NCBI GenBank assembly: GCA_964187785.1
Contig: OZ076409.1
Coordinates: 64,110,001-64,174,000, forward strand
Origin: Amphiscolops sp. MND2022
Lineage: Eukaryota
Length of the DNA: 64,000 nt
Direction of reading: 5' to 3'
Shown here: piece after piece, positions 50,318 through 58,891 of the stretch
Layout of the letters: each line of letters starts with the position of its first letter
Position numbering within the stretch: the first letter of the stretch is position 1
The notes under the pieces: model-generated
The model's database searches: none
Told to the model about the DNA's origin: nothing
Seen by the model: the letters and a program-made list of their open reading frames with translations, nothing else
Program-made: the position numbers and the translations under genes

Positions 50318-53300
50318 ATGAGTCAAAAGAACGAGACGAACCCGATAGAAGTATCAAGCAGAAACTCCTCAAGCGAAGAACCCGGAGAAAAGAAGGGGAG
50401 ATCAACAACACACCAAAAAATAACGTTACCCATATTTGAGAAGAAAACCATCCAAGAGGCCAAACTATGGTGGCGACGATTTATACAATATGTCAAAATG
50501 ACACAGAAGATCGATTTAAACAGAATGACAACGGACAAGGAGATTATAGAAGAATACAGAGAAGAACTGGAGATAAAAATAAAGGATATTTTTATCTGGG
50601 CCCTAGGAGAAGAAGCGGTCACCGAAATGACAAAAACAGTGAGAGACAATGACCCAAACAAAATGAATATAAATCAACTATATTCATTATTTAGACTCCA
50701 CTTCATCCCAGAAAGAAACAAGTTCCATAGTCGAGCCGATTTTTTCGGAATAGTACGGGAACCCAATGAAACAGCCGAAGATGTTTGGACCAGAATTCTC
50801 CAGACAGAGAAAAATTGTGAATTTGACAACGTTACACCAGCCGAGCTTATTGCATCGAAGTTCCTGTCACTAATTGGAAGGTCAACGGGAGACTATGAAC
50901 TAAAGAAAAAGATACGGAAAAGCAACATGACAATTGAAACCATTACCGATCTTATACATGAGTACATGTATGACCGATTAAATGATTCAAACAACTCAAA
51001 CGATGGAAGAAATGTAAAACACGTACAGGAAAGGCCCCAAAAGAGAAAGTGGTCTGAGAAATCCAGTTACGAAAGGAACAAGAGAAGACCGGAATATCAG
51101 AAACAAAAATACAAAGATAACCGGTGTGGACAGTGCGGAGCACCTAACTGGTCAAGACAACACGTTTGCCCTGCCAGGACGGTAGAATGCAGAAACTGTA
51201 AAAAGAAGGGACACTATGAAAAAATGTGTAGACTCCCAAAAAGAATACAATACGTGGATAAAATATCATCCTCAGCTGAAGAAGACAACTGGGATTACAA
51301 CAAAATACAAAGTATCAACAACAAAAAGAAAAAAGAAGATTTCTTCCACGCAACGCTACTGGTCAACGACGTACCAATAAAATTCATAATAGACAGTGGA
51401 TCACCAGTCACACTAATACCACAAAAGCTTTTCAAGGGCACTTCAGAGGTGACGAAGCTAAACACAAACTACAAAGATGTAAACGACAACAAAATTGAAT
51501 TCCGGGGACAAACATTAGCAACGGTGAAAACAAACAATACGACGCTACAATTACCACTGCTAATTACTAAAGCAAACATAACACCGTTAATGGGACTAGA
51601 CTGGATGAACCGGCTAGGTATAACTCTTAACACAACAACGGAAGATGTCAAAATACACAACATCAAACTGGACGAAACCCAAAAGAAGATCCTAAAATTA
51701 AAAAACGAATTCAAGGACCTATTTTATAACAACACGGAAATAAAGAATTTATCAGTAAAGATAAATCTGAAAGCAGACGCAAAAATAATACAACAGAAAG
51801 GCAGACCAGTACCGATCCATTTGCAAGAACAAGTAGCCAATGAAATCAAACGATTAATAAAGAACGGCTATCTTGAAAGAGCAACTGAGATAACCGAAAA
51901 TTGCTTTGTGAGCCCCGCGGTAGTTACAGTAAAGAAAGACAAATCGATAAAAATTGCCTTAGACTCAAGAAAACTGAACGAAGCAACAATAAAAAGAAAA
52001 GCACAAATGCCAAACATGGAAGAGCTGATATCGAGAATATCACGAAAAATATCCGAAGAAAAAGAAGGCGAAATATGGCTAACAAAACTAGATTTTGATT
52101 ACGCATACGGACAAATCAAACTGGACGATGAAACAAAAAATCTCTGCATATTCACCATTACAGGAGGAGAATTCACGGGATATTACCGTTTCCTCAAAGG
52201 ATTCTACGGACTGGCAGATATACCAACCATCTTCCAGGAACGGATAGACAAAACACTAGAATTCAAACACCCCGCTTGGTTGGACGATATCATAATTGTA
52301 ACCAAAGGAACAATAGATAAACACGAAGCGGAGGTAAAAGAGACAATGGAAAACCTAGAAAAAGCCGGGTATAGACTACACCCAAACAAATGCGAATTCT
52401 TCAAACAGGAGACAGAATGGATTGGACACAAAATAGACCAAAACGGGATCAGACCTTTACAAGATAAATTGGAAGCCATCACAAAGATAGAAATACCAAA
52501 GAACGAAAAAGAACTAAAATCATTCCTGGGCGCAATCCAATACCTGGCAAAATACATAGAAAATTTGTCAGCACAAACAGATATCCTCAGAAAATTACTG
52601 AAAAAACAAAATGAATGGAATTGGACACAAGAACATACGGAGGCATTCAACAACTTAAAAAAGTTAATAACACAACTGCCATGCTTAGCCCACTACAACA
52701 CCGATAACGAAAACATCCTAACAACGGACGCCAGTACAAAAGGATTGGGGGCAACACTATGGCAGAAACAAAAAGACGGAAATTTAAAGCCGATCGGATT
52801 TGCAAGTAGATTTTTATCGGACACGGAAAAAAAGTACGCAATAAACGAACTAGAATTGCTAGCCGTAGTGTGGGGATTGGAACATTTTCGTCTATACATA
52901 TACGGAAAGCCAATCGAATTACTTACCGATCACCAAGCATTGGAGCCGCTAATTAAAAGGAATAGATCAAATAAAACTTATAGTGCAAGATTGACAAGAT
53001 GGCTGGATAGACTGGCACACTTTGATATCAACATAAAGCACGTCGCTGGAAAACACTTGACGTTGACGGATTATTTAAGTAGAAACCCTGTAGCAAAGCC
53101 GGTACCAATTGAGAATTACGATGAAGAATACGTAATCAATTGCATAATACCTCTACTGGAGTTCATTAACACGCATGGCAGCATCTCAGATGAAAAGAAA
53201 GCGACGATGCAAACGGAGAATAACACAGCGAAGCAAAACAACAACCAATCACAGACAAGAAGCGTGAACAAACAACCACTCACCATAAATCAGATAAACG

Positions 53301-55612
53301 AACTCAAGCCATTCCAAACTTTGCAAACGAGTGAACCAATTGATTCACAGCACAAATTCGACCACCGTTCAATCAACATGGATATTAAAACAATTGAAAG
53401 CATTGAAAAAGATGATCCATCAGAAGATACACTTCGACTTACCAGCAGATGGAGAGAAATTACCAAACCGGGCGACTATCGATTTACTCAAGGACAGTGG
53501 AGAAAATATGCACCCCCGAGAACATTGAGAGCCGAATTAAAAAGAATTGAAGTAGACCTATGGCAAAGAAGAAATAAACTAATCTGGCAGAAAATGGAGA
53601 AGAATAGTAAAGAAACACCGGAAGAAGTAGCACGGAAAAAGGAGTTCCACAGAGTAATTGAGAAGATCAGAAATCTGCCTAAACGAGACGAAGCAGGCCC
53701 GAGCAGCAGCAACACACAGCAACAACAACCACAGTATGAAGAAGAGAATATAAACGCAGACCAGAGAGATGAAACGGAAACAATGTCTTCCGACTCAGAT
53801 CAAACAATAGCCGTACCGGCTATAAACTTCAAACGATATCTGGGCGCAACCAGCGTGAGATACATTCAAATGGGAACCGCAAGCAAAGTACAATACGAAG
53901 ACAAGTGGGACTTAGAAGAAACAGTACGACAAGCAGAACAAAAATTCTCAACGGATCTGCGAACAATCGCAGACGAAACCACCAACGATGAAAAGCTACT
54001 AAAGACACTGGTTTGCCTTGAGAGAAGAAATTTCGAACAAATCCCCGAAGAGTACAAACAGTACAAAAACAACCTCTCGACACGATTTGGAGTCGTCTTT
54101 TACGATGACAAAATAGTGATACCAAAGCCACTTAGACAAACCGTCATTATGTTATTGCACAAAGGACACCCGGCGATCAACAAAATGAGCCACGCTGCCC
54201 GCCCATTCTGGTGGCCTAAACTGACAAAGGACATTCAAACAAAATGCAATGAATGCATCCCTTGCAAGATGTCAGGTAAGAGTATTAAACCACAATTACC
54301 AATGACTGAAATTAACTACTTACCACCGGCCGAAAAACCAAATCAGGAAATCCAATTGGACTTCATCGGACCAATAAGATTTAAGCACCGGAGATTTTAT
54401 ATTCTCATATCAATTGACCGATATAGTAGATGGCCGGCCGCATGCATATGCGAAGCTCCTAATAGCAAAACAGCAAAAAATTTCTTGGAACAATACATTG
54501 TACTAAACGGGATACCGCAGACAATAAGAACGGATAAAGGAACCGCCTTTACCGGAAGGGAATTTAGACAAACATGCAAAAATTTAAATATAAAACTAAT
54601 ATATGGCACGCCATATATTCATACAGCGACGGGATTAGTCGAAAGAGGAATAAAAACCTTAAAGGACTTGATGCGAACAAATTTACAAGATAAGTGCAAT
54701 TTGAACGAGGCACTATACCAAGCACTAATGGTGATGAGAATGACCGTCCACTCAAAAACAAAAGAATCACCATTTGAAAGACACTATGGCAGAAAGCCAA
54801 GAACGGAACTTACAAACTATCTAAACTTACCAACGGGTAATAATGAATATATTTCAGCCCAACCGGAGACCCTCCAAGTGTACTCCTTTAACAACGGAAA
54901 AGGAGGCTACGACCAACTAATCATGAAGACGCCCAGAAAACTCAAATGCGACGTGAGTAATAACTTTCCATACAAATTTTTGGAAAAAAGACAAACAAAA
55001 AACAAATTCGAGAGCGAATATCAAACAAAACCACAAACAGCGGTAGCTGGAACAAAACATACCATAACAACCGATACAAATAAAGTAATACACCGAAAAT
55101 TGGCAAGCAAACCCCTACCAAATTCATTTCAGAATCCACTCTCTCGCCGCGGGGAGAACAGGAGAGGAATAGATGGGCGATTCATACAGATGTCCTTACC
55201 ATCACTGGAGACGGAAGATACGGACGAAGAAGAAACCCAATCAGAGGGGGAAAAAGAAAGCACACCGGTAGCAGAAACATCGACAGAACAGATGGAAGAA
55301 GAGTTCGAATTCACGCCACCAACACCGATCAGAAGAGGTGAACCACAGTCACCAGGAGCAGGGAACTTGAAGCTTCATGTCGAAAACATGAATGAACAAC
55401 AACTAGAACAAGCTCTCGAAACAATCAACGAGAACCCAACAACCACCACAATCATCGACAATAACGGTAACGAAAATTACATAAAAACAGAAATAAATGA
55501 AATTACAAATACAAGCGAAAGAAGTAGTAATAATAACCAACCAATTAGAAGATCTTCAAGACTAAGAGCAAATAATCCAATAGTAAGATTTGGAAACCCG
55601 TTAACGCATTAA
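50318..55612 (+). CDS. Gag-Pol polyprotein (Gag with two zinc knuckles, protease, RT, RNase H, extra domain, integrase)
   Basis: CGQC..H.C and CRNCKKKGHYEKMC; IDSGS; LDFDYAYGQ / FYGL / WLDD; TDAS, ELELLA, TDH; HKGH...CIPC; LDF, TDKG, VER; first in-frame ATG after the PBS at 50318 (1764 aa). Confidence 0.95.
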   Translation: MSQKNETNPIEVSSRNSSSEEPGEKKGRSTTHQKITLPIFEKKTIQEAKLWWRRFIQYVKMTQKIDLNRMTTDKEIIEEYREELEIKIKDIFIWALGEEAVTEMTKTVRDNDPNKMNINQLYSLFRLHFIPERNKFHSRADFFGIVREPNETAEDVWTRILQTEKNCEFDNVTPAELIASKFLSLIGRSTGDYELKKKIRKSNMTIETITDLIHEYMYDRLNDSNNSNDGRNVKHVQERPQKRKWSEKSSYERNKRRPEYQKQKYKDNRCGQCGAPNWSRQHVCPARTVECRNCKKKGHYEKMCRLPKRIQYVDKISSSAEEDNWDYNKIQSINNKKKKEDFFHATLLVNDVPIKFIIDSGSPVTLIPQKLFKGTSEVTKLNTNYKDVNDNKIEFRGQTLATVKTNNTTLQLPLLITKANITPLMGLDWMNRLGITLNTTTEDVKIHNIKLDETQKKILKLKNEFKDLFYNNTEIKNLSVKINLKADAKIIQQKGRPVPIHLQEQVANEIKRLIKNGYLERATEITENCFVSPAVVTVKKDKSIKIALDSRKLNEATIKRKAQMPNMEELISRISRKISEEKEGEIWLTKLDFDYAYGQIKLDDETKNLCIFTITGGEFTGYYRFLKGFYGLADIPTIFQERIDKTLEFKHPAWLDDIIIVTKGTIDKHEAEVKETMENLEKAGYRLHPNKCEFFKQETEWIGHKIDQNGIRPLQDKLEAITKIEIPKNEKELKSFLGAIQYLAKYIENLSAQTDILRKLLKKQNEWNWTQEHTEAFNNLKKLITQLPCLAHYNTDNENILTTDASTKGLGATLWQKQKDGNLKPIGFASRFLSDTEKKYAINELELLAVVWGLEHFRLYIYGKPIELLTDHQALEPLIKRNRSNKTYSARLTRWLDRLAHFDINIKHVAGKHLTLTDYLSRNPVAKPVPIENYDEEYVINCIIPLLEFINTHGSISDEKKATMQTENNTAKQNNNQSQTRSVNKQPLTINQINELKPFQTLQTSEPIDSQHKFDHRSINMDIKTIESIEKDDPSEDTLRLTSRWREITKPGDYRFTQGQWRKYAPPRTLRAELKRIEVDLWQRRNKLIWQKMEKNSKETPEEVARKKEFHRVIEKIRNLPKRDEAGPSSSNTQQQQPQYEEENINADQRDETETMSSDSDQTIAVPAINFKRYLGATSVRYIQMGTASKVQYEDKWDLEETVRQAEQKFSTDLRTIADETTNDEKLLKTLVCLERRNFEQIPEEYKQYKNNLSTRFGVVFYDDKIVIPKPLRQTVIMLLHKGHPAINKMSHAARPFWWPKLTKDIQTKCNECIPCKMSGKSIKPQLPMTEINYLPPAEKPNQEIQLDFIGPIRFKHRRFYILISIDRYSRWPAACICEAPNSKTAKNFLEQYIVLNGIPQTIRTDKGTAFTGREFRQTCKNLNIKLIYGTPYIHTATGLVERGIKTLKDLMRTNLQDKCNLNEALYQALMVMRMTVHSKTKESPFERHYGRKPRTELTNYLNLPTGNNEYISAQPETLQVYSFNNGKGGYDQLIMKTPRKLKCDVSNNFPYKFLEKRQTKNKFESEYQTKPQTAVAGTKHTITTDTNKVIHRKLASKPLPNSFQNPLSRRGENRRGIDGRFIQMSLPSLETEDTDEEETQSEGEKESTPVAETSTEQMEEEFEFTPPTPIRRGEPQSPGAGNLKLHVENMNEQQLEQALETINENPTTTTIIDNNGNENYIKTEINEITNTSERSSNNNQPIRRSSRLRANNPIVRFGNPLTH

Positions 55613-55883
55613 CGTTTACAGGAAACACCGTTGACAAAATCAACGAGAAGCTCACCCAGTCACAGAGCGAATAAGAAAGGACCGGACGGAGAAGCAGAAC
55701 ACGCGAAGTCACACCCGGTGACAAACATAGCAGAAGAAGAGCGATGATCCAGAAGTATTACCTGGAACCTTATGTTCAACGATGAAAACTAAAACATTTT
55801 CATGTATCAATGTGTATGTGTGATAACTTTATTTTGTTATTAACCTTTGAGTTATTATTAACAGATTGTACAATCTGGCCCGT

Positions 55884-55894
55884 AAAGGGGGGAA
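55884..55894 (+). other. Polypurine tract
   Basis: AAAGGGGGGAA immediately before the 3' LTR. Confidence 0.9.
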
Positions 55895-56101
55895 TGTAGA
55901 ATAGAGCATGGTAAAGGTCACTATGTCATGTAAGATTACATAATTTCATACCATACTGTCTATGACCATATTACATAATGTACCTGCTAACATAGTACTG
56001 GAGATTACTGTATATCTTAACGACACAAGAAATTTGGATACAGTTACAATACAGTATTACATTCCCTGACTCCTTTTGAATATAATCGATAGAATACAAC
56101 A
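55895..56101 (+). repeat. 3' LTR
   Basis: Identical by eye to the 5' LTR. Confidence 0.96.
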
Positions 56102-56467
56102 ACAACCTTTGTTCAGTTTTGGCTACGGCTTAGCTGTAATCTTAACACGATTTCGCTGAGGGCCAAAACGGGTCGAACACATCGCTTTTAACATTCAGCT
56201 TTGTTCTGTTGAAATTGTCGATTTATTGAAACTATCGATGAGCCAGAAAAATTCTAAAGTTGTATAACAAAAAATCTGAAAGGCTTTTGATTGGTTCACC
56301 CGAAGTAATAAAAAAATTGGTTGGGACAAATAACTTTTGGGGTTTGATTAAAAACCGAAGCTTTGAGGCATTGTTTTTTAAAAAACAAAATGTATTTATA
56401 AAAAAGCAATATCTGCCCCAATCGAATGCCTTAATTTTAATTAATGTTTTCTTAAATAACTCTCTAC

Positions 56468-56651
56468 CTTTCCTCTGTTCTCGGGGTCGAAGACTCTGAA
56501 CGCCCGTCGCAATTCCTGTTCGGTGCAGGGGTCACTGATGAAACTGTCGAGCTCCTTGAGGAATTCCGGGAAATCGATGTCGTCATCTTTGGCACGTGAC
56601 CTGTCTAGAATTCTCTGCAGTTTGTTCTGGTCGATATGTTGACCCAGCAAT
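56468..56651 (-). CDS. Calmodulin-like EF-hand protein, EF2-EF3 exon
   Basis: LLGQ...IDFPEFL...EQELRRAFRVFDPENRGK aligns with calmodulin SLGQ...IDFPEFL...EEEIREAFRVFDKDGNG; AAG acceptor (phase 2), GTAGAG donor (phase 0). Confidence 0.9.
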
Positions 56652-57257
56652 CTTTAAAAGTCAACAGATTCCTAGGCGCTATGGAACTCCATACGATTAC
56701 AAACCATAATTACACGACGAATCTTATGGTTCCATGCAATTGCATGTTTGTCACTTACACATTCCATATATAGAAACAAATGAATCTATTCGATTGATGG
56801 CTAAGGAATGGCAATAACCCAATTTCCAATAAATTATTTTGCTCTAAAATAGTTTTCAGAAGGTTCAATTGTGTGTGGAAAATTTAAATGGGCTGACAAC
56901 CGTTCCGAAGATTTCGATAAATTTTACAAATTAAGAGTGGATTTTCGTTGTGATTCTGAAGATTCAGATCAATGCTCTCTTTTATTGCACACAGCGTACG
57001 TTTTGTTAAACTTAATGTCAAAGATATTTCAAGTGTAATGATAAAACTAACAAACAGATGAATTGGATTTGTATGCATAAGTAGTCCAGTAGTATCTCGA
57101 TTTGATTACGGAAATGAAATGTTTGAAGTTTAGCCCTGAAACTTCTACAGAGAGTACTTTTAATTGTACTCAAAAATTCCTAATACTGAGCCTGTTATAA
57201 AAAAATGCGGAAAAAGTCTCACTGAGGAAGAGTTAATGATGAAATACTTTCGCCAAC

Positions 57258-57396
57258 CTCATGAGTAGTTGAAGATCCGAGATGTTAACTCGCGTGTCAC
57301 TCATAGAATCTCTCGATTTCGGAGCTTTGCTTGCTTTGGGCGCTTTCGTGCCTTCATTACTCGAAGAAGATGGAGCGATGAAAATGTTGTGATTAC
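57258..57396 (-). CDS. Calmodulin-like EF-hand protein, exon ending EF1
   Basis: TTTTCATTCACCAG acceptor (phase 1), GTTGGC donor (phase 2); ...SDTRVNISDLQLLMR joins LLGQ (compare calmodulin GTITTKELGTVMRSLGQ). Confidence 0.8.
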
Positions 57397-57760
57397 CTGG
57401 TGAATGAAAATTTTCAGTAGTGTCAAGTTATTGAAACAATGGTCACAAGAAAATCTCGAACTTGCCAGGAAACTTTCCAATTCACGAACTAGAACAGTTG
57501 AGTTTAGAAATGTCGGTATTGATTAAATTTCCAGATGATTGCATGATGCTTTTTGTTCGACAAAAGGATTAGTCAGTTTTTGGGATACATTTTATGCCGG
57601 GAAAAGGGCGCCTGTCAATTTCGAAATGTTTCATCATTACATTGTTGAGATTATCACTATTCAAATTCAAGCAATAAGTGTTTCATTAGGTTCCACTGAA
57701 ATGAAATTCTAAGAGAAACTTGCGCTATATTTTCTTTCTGAAGGAGATAGTATGAGTTAA

Positions 57761-57892
57761 TTACACATGAAGTTTGGAAACACAGGCGCGTGTTAGCTCT
57801 GTAAAAGTCTCATCAGAAATTTCTGGTACGAAGTTTCGTCGTATTAGCAAATCTAGAGATTCCGTCGTCAGAAATCTTGTCCAGAAAAACAT
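57761..57892 (-). CDS. Candidate first coding exon of the calmodulin-like gene (donor unresolved)
   Basis: Short ORF MFFW...ISDETFTELTRAC resembles calmodulin LTEEQIAEFKEAF; only a weak phase-1 donor (GTGTTT) is available. Confidence 0.35.
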   Translation of the reverse strand: MFFWTRFLTTESLDLLIRRNFVPEISDETFTELTRACVSKLHV

Positions 57893-58891
57893 TCGTCGTA
57901 GTTTAAAAAAAATAACAGCGTCTATGAATATTTGTTAATACAATTAGGTAAGTACTTAATTACTGAATTGAGACCTTGGGAACAAATTTCATTGTGCGGA
58001 AAAGCTAATTGCATTCAATTAACTCAACAGAAAGCTAAGTGAGCAACGGCAATATTCGATGAGGCTTTGTGAACAGTTTCAATTATTGTTTTTTTAACTT
58101 TTTCCACCAAGTCAGTATAATTACTTGGTATTTAGTCTACTTTGTACAAAAATTCAAGTTAATTTTGCAAGAAATGTTTTAAAAATTGACTAAAAAATGA
58201 TTCCATAAGGAATCCAAATACGAACGAGTTTCTTCAAAATAGTATATATTTTTTGGTTGTTTTTGAGAGCGTAAGTAACTTCAGAGCTCCACAACGAAAC
58301 AATTTGCTACTTTCAGAGTCAGTCAGCACATTCTTAGCTAGAGAAATTAAGTGTTTTGTTGTTGCAGAACCATGCAGAAAACAAACCAAAAATTGTCAAA
58401 TTCATCAATGTTTGATCGTCTATCATTGTACAAGATTTGAATGTTTTTGACGGTATGACTGTCCTCAACAAAAATTATATCTTTTGTAGAAACATTTGGC
58501 GTGTTTTTTGCTACAAAGATGAGATGAAATGAAAAGTGTCTAAATTTTGTTTGCAAGAGTTCTAGTTATCGGTTACGCTCAAGCTTCAAGAAGAAAAGTT
58601 TTTAAAATATGCTCAGGAATTTTTCTGTAACAAATTCACATAAAAGTGTCGAAACACCCAAAGGGTGCCTTTCAGGCTCGGAAAACGCTTCAAAGGTTCG
58701 GGTACAACGTGCTGGGCCACATGGCAGCGCTGGTTTACGAACATTCGTCTCCTCCTCAGAAAAACACCATAAAGTTCGGATTTAGCCCAGTATTTTTGAA
58801 CCTTCAACTCCTCCTTAGTGAGACGCCATTTACTTTGCATAAAACGTCAAACAATCGAGTAGTATTGAAAAACATATTATTGGTGGGTATA

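Larger units (their letters stand above)
50098..56101 (+). mobile_element. Intact, recently inserted Ty3/Gypsy (Mag-like) LTR retrotransposon
   Basis: Two 207-bp LTRs identical by eye (TGT...ACA); 5-bp TSD ACAAC (50093-50097, 56102-56106); PBS, PPT and uninterrupted gag-pol ORF in PR-RT-RH-IN order. Confidence 0.97.

Noticed and set aside
55613..55747. 44 open codons in frame after the pol stop (possible read-through or env-like extension)
   Set aside because: TAA-C is not a strong read-through context, the A-rich strand is naturally stop-poor, there is no hydrophobic segment, and the frame is not clearly conserved in the relative.
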